Made by a program: the position numbers and the translations under genes | Notes under the pieces: model-generated | Seen by the model: only the letters and a program-made list of their open reading frames with translations | The model's database searches: none | Told to the model about the DNA's origin: nothing | Part shown: positions 1 through 9,165 of the stretch, piece after piece | Position numbering within the stretch: the first letter of the stretch is position 1 | Layout of the letters: every line of letters starts with the position of its first letter | Virus record (IMG/VR): IMGVR_UViG_3300003323_000257 | Location: 69,923 to 133,922 of that record | Reading direction: 5' to 3' (one strand) | DNA: 64,000 bases | Origin: a virus

Positions 1-354
1 AGCTTTATTTTGTACGAAGAAAATTGCTCAGAGGTTCATAGCAACGGTAGATTGGATTACGAAGCTGTGTCCTTATGTAGAAAGGGTAAAACAAGACATG
101 ACACGGAATTTATAGCACGACAATCGGCAACTATGACAGGTCGTAGGAAAGAGACACACGCAGGTCTTGCCATAATCTCAGATAAGAACAGTAAAAACTT
201 TCGGTTGGTATCGCCGAAAGGAAAAGTCTATACAGGAAGGAACTTAAAGGGGTTCGGCCTGAAGCATAAACTCAATCAGACAGGTCTATCCCGGCTGTGT
301 CGAGGTGTTCACGAATCTTATAAGGGTTGGACTGGAGAGTACATCGATGACTAA
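1..354 (+). CDS. C-terminal part of a homing endonuclease (NUMOD1-like DNA-binding tail), 5'-truncated by the window edge
   Basis: Frame open from base 1; ends in KNFRLVSPKGKVYTGRNLKGFGLKHKLNQTGLSRLCRGVHESYKGW, typical of HNH/GIY-YIG endonuclease C-termini; stop overlaps the terminase ATG (ATGACTAA). Catalytic domain not visible. Confidence 0.6.
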   Translation, partial: SFILYEENCSEVHSNGRLDYEAVSLCRKGKTRHDTEFIARQSATMTGRRKETHAGLAIISDKNSKNFRLVSPKGKVYTGRNLKGFGLKHKLNQTGLSRLCRGVHESYKGWTGEYIDD

Positions 355-2530
355 AGATAGCAAGGCAGAAAAGAAACGGATTCTGCTGCTGCACGAATTG
401 TTTCCCGAATTTACCACAGATGCTCAACGTGAATTAATCGAGAGTTGGGAAACTGACTCTAAGAAATCCCAAAAAGCCGGAAAGACCGACAACTACGTCG
501 AGTTGAAGAATGGTGATTTCGCTGATATCCCGGACTCCTTCGACATCAAGGCTTTGATGGACTTAGCCGAGGACCCTCTTACTGGCACTATGAGGAATCT
601 TCGTATTGATGACCGCGATCTTCCACATGCCAAAAACTATTGGGACTATTCAGCTCGCATCATCGGCAAGGATGCGAACATGCCGTGGGCAAAACAAATG
701 TGGACAGGTCTGATGTTGCACGGCGAGGTATGTACTGCGTGTACCAAATCAAAGTATCTGGACATTCATAACATACCTAAGGACTTTAACTCGCATGAAT
801 TTCCAAAGTTAATGACCTTGCTGGAGTATGGCATTTGTCCTAAGTGTAAGCGTCATAAGTGGGACCTGATAAAGAACCACAACATGATGAATTACCTGGA
901 GTTGGTGAATGTGCTGGGTCAGCGTTCAGGTAAGAGCTCCAGTTCTGCAGGCGGCTACGCTCCTTATGATGCACACTGTTGGATGAAGTTTCCGAGTCTG
1001 CCTACTCTGGCTCCTCAGTCCATGCAGGCTTCGACCGAGCTTACCACCACCTTTGTCTCACTCAACACGAGTAAAGCTATCGGTGTTATGTGGACTCCGT
1101 TCAAGCGCCATATCGAGGACTCCAAGTGGTGGCAGCAGTATTTTGCTATCCTCGATGAATCCAAGAAGAAATATGGAGTGGAGCTCTATAGGGCCTCGAC
1201 TCTGTACCTAAAGTTCTTCCATAAGAACATGCACTTCTATCCTACAGGTCCTAGGTCGTCTACACTTCGTGGTGATACTAGGAAAGGCGCACTGCTTGAC
1301 GAATTAGGCTTGTTCCCCTTGCCTCGAGGAGATCAAGAGGAGGATACGGAAAGCGAACGTGCCAACGCAGACGAGGCACATAAATCGCTTATGAACTCAC
1401 TGACCACTGTTCAAGGTATTCGCTGGAAGCTCCTTAAGCAAGGTTATAGCTCGGTTCCTTGGGCAGGCTTAATGTCGGTATCATCTCCGTTCAGCCTGCG
1501 AGATAAGGTAATGCGTTTGTATCGTCACTCCAAAACAGACGAAGGACGTAAAACAGTACTTGGTATTAATCTTCCTACCTGGGAGGTTAATCCAGATTTT
1601 GATCGAGACAACCCTATCATCGTGGCCGCGTACGCTGCAAACTTTGAAAAGGCGGAGCGAGATTATGGGGCCAATCCACCTGCTGTTCATTCACGCTATA
1701 TGCCAGTTTCGTCTTTTGAGAAGGCGTTTATGAATGGACAGAACTCGCACACCTTCGATTACTGCTTTGATCAACCGGAATACATATATGGAAAAATCCA
1801 CAAGATTAGGACATTCAGGTGGCCTTCCATAGTATCAATCGATGCCGGGTCAGTAGATAACTCGTTTACTGTCACAGGCATGCATTACGATTTTGATGCG
1901 AACAAGAGCGTGGTAACTACCGTTCTGGAATGCATGCCGCAGGAAGGGCGTCGAATAAACTTTAACATGCTGTATATTCACGTGATTCTGCCTTTGTTGA
2001 AGGATCTTAACGCCGTAGGATTGCTGGCAGACCAATGGCAGTCAATCGATATTCTGAATCGCGCCCAGGATGACATGGGAATGAATCCATTAGGTAAACC
2101 ACGCTGCAAGGCCAAGCAACATTCACCCAACCGTAAGGACTTTGATGCAGTGAGGGCAATGTTAGGTGCAGGTAACGTTCTGCTGCCTTCGATCAACGAA
2201 ATGGACGCCAAGAAGATTCTTGAAGGTGGGATTGCCTCATACAAACAGGAAATGGTGAATAAACCTGTTCAGCATCTAATGCTTCAAATGAGTACGGTTA
2301 AGGACATAGGTCCAGGAAGATGCCCGACCAAAGGGGACGACATGACTGACGATATCTTTAGGGCGATTGTCCTTGGCTTGGCAAAAATGCACCACCCTAA
2401 CGTAATGGAGGCCTTAAAAACTGCGTGCTCCTTTAACTACGGTAACAATGGTAATAGGGCACGGATGCCTACCCCTGGCTACGCCGGGCGTTCTGGAGGC
2501 CACGTCCATCGTTGGGCAGGTATACGATAA
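347..2530 (+). CDS. terL: Terminase large subunit
   Basis: Walker A GQRSGKS, Walker B ALLDELG, RNase H-like nuclease motif IVSIDAGS and C-terminal DDIFRA; start reassigned to ATG 347 (GGAG upstream); Cys pairs CTAC/CPKC in the N-terminal region. Confidence 0.92.
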   Translation: MTKDSKAEKKRILLLHELFPEFTTDAQRELIESWETDSKKSQKAGKTDNYVELKNGDFADIPDSFDIKALMDLAEDPLTGTMRNLRIDDRDLPHAKNYWDYSARIIGKDANMPWAKQMWTGLMLHGEVCTACTKSKYLDIHNIPKDFNSHEFPKLMTLLEYGICPKCKRHKWDLIKNHNMMNYLELVNVLGQRSGKSSSSAGGYAPYDAHCWMKFPSLPTLAPQSMQASTELTTTFVSLNTSKAIGVMWTPFKRHIEDSKWWQQYFAILDESKKKYGVELYRASTLYLKFFHKNMHFYPTGPRSSTLRGDTRKGALLDELGLFPLPRGDQEEDTESERANADEAHKSLMNSLTTVQGIRWKLLKQGYSSVPWAGLMSVSSPFSLRDKVMRLYRHSKTDEGRKTVLGINLPTWEVNPDFDRDNPIIVAAYAANFEKAERDYGANPPAVHSRYMPVSSFEKAFMNGQNSHTFDYCFDQPEYIYGKIHKIRTFRWPSIVSIDAGSVDNSFTVTGMHYDFDANKSVVTTVLECMPQEGRRINFNMLYIHVILPLLKDLNAVGLLADQWQSIDILNRAQDDMGMNPLGKPRCKAKQHSPNRKDFDAVRAMLGAGNVLLPSINEMDAKKILEGGIASYKQEMVNKPVQHLMLQMSTVKDIGPGRCPTKGDDMTDDIFRAIVLGLAKMHHPNVMEALKTACSFNYGNNGNRARMPTPGYAGRSGGHVHRWAGIR

Positions 2531-2565
2531 ATGCAAATTTCATGGGAAAGGAGGATATACCGAAG

Positions 2566-3171
2566 ATGGCGAAAAAGAAACAACGGAAACCAAACAAGAC
2601 GTACGTCCTCGTTCCCTGTAAACGCAGTCATGATTATCGTATTCTGGCGGCCGACCCTGGTACACGTAACTATGGAGTTGCCTGTGTTGGGACCAAAGGT
2701 GACAAGGTTGAGGTAGTTGCCAATTCTCTGTTAACCAATCCTATAACACAGCTCACTGCTGGTTACCAAAATCAGCGTTCTCTATTCCGCAATGAACTTA
2801 ATCAATGGTTTGATCTTTACGATCCTAACATTGTGATTGCGGAACGCTTCCAGACACGAGGTAATGGCGGACCGACCATTGAGTTGGTCTCCTCGATGAA
2901 TGCTCTTCTTGGTGTTATTCGAGCCAAGCTACCTGTGAAATATATTCCAGCTAGTCAATGGAAGGTCGCATTCAATCGACGTTGGGGCGACGACTACCTA
3001 AAAGGTATGTATGAGGATTGCTTGACTACCCCTCACCAACTGGATGCAGTTCTTATAGGTATCTATGGTCTGGAGTATGCCTTAAGACGGGAGCTAAAGT
3101 ACACGCCGGCCAAGATTATTGAAATGGTGGAGTCCACATCATGCCTAGAACTAAGGAAGCCAAGAAATTAA
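2566..3171 (+). CDS. ruvC: RuvC-like Holliday junction resolvase
   Basis: ILAADPGTRNYG, IVIAERFQ and HQLDAVLIG catalytic motifs; ATG 2566 with AGGAGG upstream. Confidence 0.85.
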   Translation: MAKKKQRKPNKTYVLVPCKRSHDYRILAADPGTRNYGVACVGTKGDKVEVVANSLLTNPITQLTAGYQNQRSLFRNELNQWFDLYDPNIVIAERFQTRGNGGPTIELVSSMNALLGVIRAKLPVKYIPASQWKVAFNRRWGDDYLKGMYEDCLTTPHQLDAVLIGIYGLEYALRRELKYTPAKIIEMVESTSCLELRKPRN

Positions 3172-3371
3172 CATGCGATTGTGCTGACTGTCTTTCAGGA
3201 AAATCAGTACCGATGGAAGAATGGTTGAAGAATCCGAAGCATCAACATATTTGGAACCAAGTCGCAGCAGGTTTAGACACCGGCCGCATCAAAGTACAAG
3301 GAGAAACTCATGAAACTACCCCAGGCGTGGAACCCCTCATCAAAGACAAAGACAACAGCAACCAAGGTTGA
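3141..3371 (+). CDS. Small Cys-containing hypothetical protein
   Basis: GGAG upstream of ATG 3141; CDCADC motif; overlaps both neighbours. Confidence 0.45.
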   Translation: MPRTKEAKKLTCDCADCLSGKSVPMEEWLKNPKHQHIWNQVAAGLDTGRIKVQGETHETTPGVEPLIKDKDNSNQG

Positions 3372-3576
3372 GGCGCGCATTGATATGAGTGCCGAGGTTG
3401 CAGGCGCAGGTTTATGTCCTGACTGCCGACAGCCTATGCAACCTATGACTGCAGGTCCTGTTGAAACTCTGACCTGTATGGGTTGTCGAATCAGTCTGCC
3501 AATTGCAGACCCGGAAAACACAGTCGAACCTCCGGTAGAGGCTGTACAAGGCCCGTCTACCTACTTAGATCAATAA
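3310..3576 (+). CDS. Zinc-ribbon hypothetical protein
   Basis: AAGGAG SD; CPDC...CMGC four-Cys ribbon. Confidence 0.65.
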   Translation: MKLPQAWNPSSKTKTTATKVEARIDMSAEVAGAGLCPDCRQPMQPMTAGPVETLTCMGCRISLPIADPENTVEPPVEAVQGPSTYLDQ

Positions 3577-3581
3577 TCGTA

Positions 3582-3616
3582 AGGGAGTCCCTAAGAAGGA
3601 CTCCCTGTTCGCTTTT
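3582..3616 (+). terminator. Intrinsic terminator
   Basis: AGGGAGTCC / GGACTCCCT 9-bp stem followed by GTTCGCTTTT. Confidence 0.55.
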
Positions 3617-4261
3617 ATGCCACTCGAAAAAAAGAAACTCAAAGCCCTTCCAGCTCCTGAAACTAAGAAAAAGAAATCTCTTGAGGCCTTAGACGTAAGT
3701 GCCAAGAAAAAGAAAAAGAAGCGCACTGAGATCGTGGAATATGAGGAAGAGCCTAAACGATTATCGAAGACGCGCACAAAGACCTTACTGAAAACACAGT
3801 TTGGTACTGGAGCTGAAAAGATTCTGCGCATGCTGGAGCAGGACGAAACTGATCCTGCTTTGGCATTGCTGCACAAACGATTACTCTCCGCAGTGGTGGA
3901 CGTACTGCCTTTGGCTGAGATGGGTATTAGGGCGTCAAAAGGCACCAGAGGGATCCACGGGTTCACAATGCTGACCTCTCAAATACGCGAGTTGATAGTC
4001 GATATTCAGGCTACTCAAGATCGTGGCATGATGGGTGAGACCTTGGTACAGCAGGTTATTCAACCTGCTTTCGGTGACCTCGCACAAGATACCGTTCAGG
4101 AGTTTTCTGTTATAGCTGCCGATGCTAAAGCCAACATGACGGAAGAGGAATATAAGTTATTTGCTCCTCTTCTACGTGACGCCCGAGCGCGTCTGGCCAA
4201 TCGCATGACCCATCATTATAATCAAATGAAGTCAGGTACCATTGATTTCTTACAACGCTAG
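3617..4261 (+). CDS. Hypothetical helical protein with Lys-rich N-terminus; possible small terminase subunit
   Basis: 214-aa ORF in the packaging module; mostly helical; small-terminase role inferred from position and size only. Confidence 0.55.
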   Translation: MPLEKKKLKALPAPETKKKKSLEALDVSAKKKKKKRTEIVEYEEEPKRLSKTRTKTLLKTQFGTGAEKILRMLEQDETDPALALLHKRLLSAVVDVLPLAEMGIRASKGTRGIHGFTMLTSQIRELIVDIQATQDRGMMGETLVQQVIQPAFGDLAQDTVQEFSVIAADAKANMTEEEYKLFAPLLRDARARLANRMTHHYNQMKSGTIDFLQR

Positions 4262-4263
4262 AT

Positions 4264-4809
4264 ATGGATGCCAATCATATTCGCCAATTAGTTGCCCACT
4301 ACTACGCACGTAAGAAATGGCAAGTCCATTTCGAATTAGGCTTGGTTAAGAAGGGACGATTAAGGGCCGACGTAGTTGCCATGACCATGGGCGGTTATTT
4401 GGTAATCGTGGAAGTCAAAAGTTCCGTTGCTGATTTCAAGACCGACAAGAAATGGCAAGGCTATCGTCAATTTTGCAACCAACTTTATTTCGCCATGGCA
4501 CCTGAGGTGTATGCGAAGGTAAAGGATTTGATACCTAAGGGAGTAGGCGTCTTCATTGCTCTACCAAACTCAGTTAAGGTCGTTCAGAAGGCTAAGCGGC
4601 AGGAACTGGATATCAAAATCCAACTAAACATTGCTATTCGCATGGGCTATCGTTCTGCTGACGTAACCAAATTCGAGCGTAAATCCAAAACAGCTGGGCG
4701 TAAATATTTGGCACTCAAAGTGGTAGACGTTATATCTGCCTTACCTAAACCTCGATCTCGTAAGACGGTACTGGCCGCCGCAGAGACTGCTCTCAAAGGA
4801 TTCGTATGA
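4264..4809 (+). CDS. mmcB: MmcB-family (PD-(D/E)XK) nuclease
   Basis: RADVVA...IVEVKSSVADFKTDKKWQGYRQFCNQLYFA matches the MmcB signature. Confidence 0.82.
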   Translation: MDANHIRQLVAHYYARKKWQVHFELGLVKKGRLRADVVAMTMGGYLVIVEVKSSVADFKTDKKWQGYRQFCNQLYFAMAPEVYAKVKDLIPKGVGVFIALPNSVKVVQKAKRQELDIKIQLNIAIRMGYRSADVTKFERKSKTAGRKYLALKVVDVISALPKPRSRKTVLAAAETALKGFV

Positions 4810-5396
4810 GCCATTTACTTAGTTTCGTTCAAAGATCGCGACTCCAAGCGGCTTTAAGGACTCAGGAAGAAGTTATCAGCAAAATCGGTGGACAGCCCTT
4901 AAGTGACTCATTCGGCCGGGAACAGATGAAGAAGTTTACTCGGGTGATTCAGACTAAACCTAAATTGGTTAAGAAAGACCTAGGGACCTCCAAAGGTTTA
5001 ACCATGAATATGTTGGACGATACAACAGATCATGTGGTAACCCTTTACGACGATGACCTACAGAAAGTGGTGGCCTACGGTAAGTTGGAAGACTCTCCTT
5101 ACTCCAATCGGTATCGCATGTACAACCTGTATGTTGACAAGGATTGGCGAGGTAAAGGACTGGCCACGGTTTTGCATTTGGGAGCCTTACACGTACTCAA
5201 GCATCTTGAGTCAGATACCACTATGGCTGTAGGTGCTTTGAAAGCCTTCAAGTCCTTGGAGAAATTTGGCTATAAGGTCAAAATGTTTGATACCGATACA
5301 GGAAAGACTGTACCTTTTACCTGGGGACCTTCTGACGTTCCAGTGGTTAATGGCCACTCAATAGAGGACGAGGAACACTATGCCTTATACGTGTGA
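4806..5396 (+). CDS. GNAT-family acetyltransferase
   Basis: NLYVDKDWRGKGLATVL acetyl-CoA-binding motif A. Confidence 0.72.
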   Translation: MSHLLSFVQRSRLQAALRTQEEVISKIGGQPLSDSFGREQMKKFTRVIQTKPKLVKKDLGTSKGLTMNMLDDTTDHVVTLYDDDLQKVVAYGKLEDSPYSNRYRMYNLYVDKDWRGKGLATVLHLGALHVLKHLESDTTMAVGALKAFKSLEKFGYKVKMFDTDTGKTVPFTWGPSDVPVVNGHSIEDEEHYALYV

Positions 5397-5399
5397 ACG

Positions 5400-5410
5400 C
5401 AAATTTAATG
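5400..5410 (+). promoter_or_regulatory. Class-1 (late-type) motif CAAATTTAATG upstream of the portal
   Basis: Member of the recurrent intergenic AATTT(A/T)A motif. Confidence 0.55.
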
Positions 5411-5435
5411 GTAAGGAAGATACCAAGGAGGTAAC

Positions 5436-7271
5436 GTGTTTCCACGCAACAAAATTCTAGGCGTTCACAATGGACGCATCAAAACAGACATAGGCGGTGC
5501 CTCTCCTATGGCGGCGTACGCCTCTAAGCGATCCTACTCCGAATCTCAAACAAAAGTTACAGCAGCCCTCGGTGGTAATCTGGGTGTAGCAGGTGGAGCA
5601 AATTCGGTTTCTATGAATTCGTTCTGGAACTCGCAGTATCAATATTGGTTCACTGGATTGATTCCTGCCGAGCCAATGTATTCTCAGTCAGCTCAACTGG
5701 CTTTGTTTTATCGGGACATTTACCTCAACGATAGCGTTGGGGGAACGGTAGTCGATTTGCAGTCGAGTTTTCCTTTCTCGGATTTTGATCTCCGAGGTGT
5801 GGATGAACGCGCTACCATCATTTATAATGATGCCATGGAGCAGCTTGATATCCAGCGAATGCTGCCTATCATTAGTACAGCATACCTGGCCGATGGCTTC
5901 TTTGCAGGGTCCTTAATCTTTGATCCAAGAACCAAGCGTTTCGTTGACACGTTGGTTCATGATGCACTCCAATGTGCTATTATTCCAGGCCCGTTCTTTA
6001 ACCTTATGCCTCAGGTTAATGTGCAGACTTCCAGCAGCACTGTTAATCTGCTGGGATCGGATAGTCCTTACGCCAGAGAGTATGTCAATTCTCTACCTCG
6101 TGAGTTCGTGCACCTAATGAATCAAGGTCAGTACACTTTGAGTCCAATCAGCACCTTGTTCGTGGCACGTAAAACTCTGACCGATAGAGCATACGTTTCG
6201 TATCTGCACCGTCTGCTGCCAATGTATCTGATTGAGAAGACGATGTACAGGGGGACTTTAGTAGAGGCGTCTCGCAGGCAAAGGGCGACCACTCATATTA
6301 CGGCAGGTGATGATGTCTGGACCCCAACTGGAGAGGAATTGGCGGCGCTGGTCTCGCAATTCCAACAAGCAGAATTCGATCCATTAGGTGGTTGGGTATC
6401 AACTCGTAACGCAGTTCAGTTGACTGATGTACGACCTGGCGGTGACTTCTGGCGTTGGGATCAAACAGATTTGACTCCATATAAGCTCCGTGCTCTTGGT
6501 GTGTCAGAGTCCTTCCTGAGCGGTGAGACTTCTTACGCAGCTATGGAATCTGCTTACTCCCTGTTCTTGGAATCGCAGAACGTGTATCGAAATCATTTGA
6601 CGAATGCGATTTTCTACTCGACCTTGTTCCCTTTGATTGCGGTTTCCAACGGTTTGTACAAACCAGGCACACCTGAAAGTGCTAAGCTTCGTAACAGCCA
6701 GATCAGCAAATTCTTGATGCACTCCAATAATAAAGCTAATCTACTGATTCCTAAAATCATGTGGCACAAGTCTCTGGAGGCCAAGCACGAGGAATCAACC
6801 TTTGACATGCTGGAGCAGGTGTCCGAAAAAGGCGTTCCTATTCCACTTAAGCAATGGATGGCCGCAGCCGGTCTGGACAAAGATACACTGTTGAAGGATC
6901 TCAAGGAAGACCAGGAGTTACGTAAGCTTCTTAATCGCTATACTGGTAAGGACACCACGCACGAAGGCGAAGACGAAATTGGGGACCAAAAGGAAGAATA
7001 CGCAGGTTTGAAAGTTCCTACTGCACAGTCTATCAAGAAAGGTGTCACTGGTCGACGCTCTATCCTAGGACGTAAATGGGATGATCCTCAGGACTACTCG
7101 ATCGGTAAGACTGGCAAGAAGCAGTATGTTTTCAATTCTCGTTTAAAGGTACGTGATCAGAACGCGCAACTGGCAAAGATTTCGGCAAAAATGAACATCG
7201 ATGCTCACTATCGCCTTCAAGTGGCGAAGCGTAATGAACAAACACTTGGTCAATCCAAATTGGAGATTTAA
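5436..7271 (+). CDS. Portal protein
   Basis: 611 aa, GTG start with AAGGAGG; position after the terminase module; portal-like helical segments (LRALGVSESFLSG, DGFFAGSLIFD). Family call from recall. Confidence 0.75.
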   Translation: MFPRNKILGVHNGRIKTDIGGASPMAAYASKRSYSESQTKVTAALGGNLGVAGGANSVSMNSFWNSQYQYWFTGLIPAEPMYSQSAQLALFYRDIYLNDSVGGTVVDLQSSFPFSDFDLRGVDERATIIYNDAMEQLDIQRMLPIISTAYLADGFFAGSLIFDPRTKRFVDTLVHDALQCAIIPGPFFNLMPQVNVQTSSSTVNLLGSDSPYAREYVNSLPREFVHLMNQGQYTLSPISTLFVARKTLTDRAYVSYLHRLLPMYLIEKTMYRGTLVEASRRQRATTHITAGDDVWTPTGEELAALVSQFQQAEFDPLGGWVSTRNAVQLTDVRPGGDFWRWDQTDLTPYKLRALGVSESFLSGETSYAAMESAYSLFLESQNVYRNHLTNAIFYSTLFPLIAVSNGLYKPGTPESAKLRNSQISKFLMHSNNKANLLIPKIMWHKSLEAKHEESTFDMLEQVSEKGVPIPLKQWMAAAGLDKDTLLKDLKEDQELRKLLNRYTGKDTTHEGEDEIGDQKEEYAGLKVPTAQSIKKGVTGRRSILGRKWDDPQDYSIGKTGKKQYVFNSRLKVRDQNAQLAKISAKMNIDAHYRLQVAKRNEQTLGQSKLEI

Positions 7272-7532
7272 ATGTACTCCTGTTTAGTAGAGTCGCGCAT
7301 TAAGGGTGAGGACGAGTACGAATGGTTTCGCTATCTAGGTAAGCCCATTGAAATCCCTTTCAGGGGAATTACCCGTACGTTGGAAACCGATCAAAAGATT
7401 GGAGTTAGGAAGTCTTCCAATGGAAAACAAATTCGTATGGTCTTCGATGGAGATATCAACAGAGTAATGACCTTGGATTTGGCATTGGCCAAAAAGATTG
7501 CTTCCAAAGTTAAACCAGTTAAAGGACGTTAA
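7272..7532 (+). CDS. Hypothetical (probable virion) protein
   Basis: ATG directly after the portal stop; SH3-like beta content. Confidence 0.65.
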   Translation: MYSCLVESRIKGEDEYEWFRYLGKPIEIPFRGITRTLETDQKIGVRKSSNGKQIRMVFDGDINRVMTLDLALAKKIASKVKPVKGR

Positions 7533-7533
7533 T

Positions 7534-7983
7534 ATGGAACGCCATCCTTATGTGATGGGTCTGATCTGGGATCATTTTACTCCACAGGTGCAGGCCCAGG
7601 TTGTAAAGGATTTGATAGCTATCCAGAACCAACCAAACGGCCGAAATCTGATGGTCTATTATGATGCTGATGTTCCTGAACTAGCCGGACTCTTGAACTC
7701 CATGCAGATTAAAAGGACTCCAGCCAAAGTCTTGGCCAAACTATGGGTCCTTTATCAGACAGGTCCAGAACAGCTTGAAGCCCCAGAGCATGCTGCTGAG
7801 GTGGTAGAGCGTGATATGCAAATCGGTGTTAAGGATCCTGCGATCTTGAATACGGATGAGCAGTCAGGCTTCTATTTGGCTCCTCAGGGGCGTAACATAT
7901 CCCCTACTCTGGATTTAAATCGTCCTATGCCAGGTTGGTATCCAGGTGGCCCTACCGCAGATTTGGTCTGGCTATGGGGATAA
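7534..7983 (+). CDS. Hypothetical protein
   Basis: TAA-T-ATG coupling to the previous gene, AAAGGA upstream; start reassigned to 7534. Confidence 0.65.
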   Translation: MERHPYVMGLIWDHFTPQVQAQVVKDLIAIQNQPNGRNLMVYYDADVPELAGLLNSMQIKRTPAKVLAKLWVLYQTGPEQLEAPEHAAEVVERDMQIGVKDPAILNTDEQSGFYLAPQGRNISPTLDLNRPMPGWYPGGPTADLVWLWG

Positions 7984-7985
7984 CA

Positions 7986-7995
7986 CAATTTAATG
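7986..7995 (+). promoter_or_regulatory. Class-1 motif CAATTTAATG
   Basis: CAATTTAATGACTG identical to 19128-19141; upstream of the baseplate operon. Confidence 0.6.
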
Positions 7996-8181
7996 ACTGT
8001 AGCCTACACGAGGAACTGGGTTTCGTAAGAAACCGACTCGCGGAAGGGTGCAGTCTCTTCGTTTTAGGGGACGGTTAGGTCTGTAGGCCCTCACAACCGT
8101 CCTCTCTTTTTACCCATGGGCGTAGCTGACTCATGAGGATCTTCTCTCCGGCTATTCCCAAGGGTCCTTTTAAAGAGGACC
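7995..8181 (+). ncRNA. Candidate structured RNA element A (four consecutive stem-loops) / structured leader
   Basis: Stems 7995-8005/8045-8055, GGTTTC-GTAA-GAAACC, 8067-8076/8095-8104, 8118-8128/8149-8159, 8163-8169/8175-8181; begins at the end of a CAATTTAATG motif. Confidence 0.55.
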
Positions 8182-8185
8182 ATTC

Positions 8186-9151
8186 ATGGCATCTCTCAAT
8201 GATCTACTTGCAAAGGCACGTTTGACTCCGCCTTCAGCTATTCTGAGTCCTGATGTTCGAAATAATGCGGTTACTCAGTTTAGGTCCACTACCAACCAAA
8301 TTCGAAATATACCGGCATCCATTTTAGATGCTTCTGCTGCAAAGCTTCAAGGTGCTGTTGGTAATGCTGTACAGACTGGATTGTCTGACGTTCGTGGTGC
8401 AGTCGTCCAAGCTTTGAGCGGCGATTTCAGCGGTGCTCTAACAACCATAGCACAGGGCCCTCAGGATGTTCTGGGGATGATTGAAGCATCATTTGGGTCC
8501 AATACCAGCGGTACTCCAAATCCATTCCTAGCTAATGGCGCACCAGTGAACACGCTGCAAGGAGCATTAGGTAGAAGCGATCCACTCATGAGCTTCCAAT
8601 GGTATTGCGATCTGCCGACTGTTACTCCTATCGGAGGCGCCCCTGCAAATCTCTCCTGGGAATATGTGGAGGAAGCAACTCCAAACTTTAGGGTGTTCGA
8701 AGTTCAGTCCATGCACTTTCAAGGCCGCAATCGTAATATTGTAGGCAAGTATTCGGTGGACCCTTTGCGCTTGAATTTCTACGCCGATGTATCGAACACT
8801 GCACTCCTGTATCTGCAGGCATGGAACGGTGCGGTACTTCGTCCGTTTGACGAATCCCAGGCTTCTTCTATGGGCGGTGGCTTCGGAAGACCATCGGACT
8901 ATATGAAGCCCATTAATCTGTACCTGTTTGACCCAACCAAGGCCTTAGTGTTTAACCTTAGCTATACCGAGTGCTGGCCTACTTCCACAGAAGGTTTACA
9001 CCTAGATAGCGGATCATCTACGCGATTGACCTTCAATGTTTCCTTTAGTGTAGGCGATGTTTTCATTCAGGCCCTCAAGATCAATAACAATCTTAGCGGG
9101 CAGTTTTTGCTCAACACCATAACCAATAATCTGCTTTCTGGCATACTCTAA
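8186..9151 (+). CDS. Tail tube-fold baseplate/tube initiator protein (T4 gp48/gp54-like)
   Basis: C-terminal tube-like region (LRLNFYAD...YLQAW...LSYTECWPTS...FNVSFS); first gene of the baseplate operon. Confidence 0.55.
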   Translation: MASLNDLLAKARLTPPSAILSPDVRNNAVTQFRSTTNQIRNIPASILDASAAKLQGAVGNAVQTGLSDVRGAVVQALSGDFSGALTTIAQGPQDVLGMIEASFGSNTSGTPNPFLANGAPVNTLQGALGRSDPLMSFQWYCDLPTVTPIGGAPANLSWEYVEEATPNFRVFEVQSMHFQGRNRNIVGKYSVDPLRLNFYADVSNTALLYLQAWNGAVLRPFDESQASSMGGGFGRPSDYMKPINLYLFDPTKALVFNLSYTECWPTSTEGLHLDSGSSTRLTFNVSFSVGDVFIQALKINNNLSGQFLLNTITNNLLSGIL

Positions 9152-9165
9152 TAAAGGAGTCCATC

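Noticed and set aside
347-2530. Intein or intron in terminase or helicases
   Set aside because: No Cys/Ser...His-Asn junctions, no LAGLIDADG blocks, and lengths are consistent with uninterrupted proteins.
4699-4710. GTAAATA hits inside coding sequence (here and near 58946)
   Set aside because: They do not match the extended consensus and lie mid-gene.
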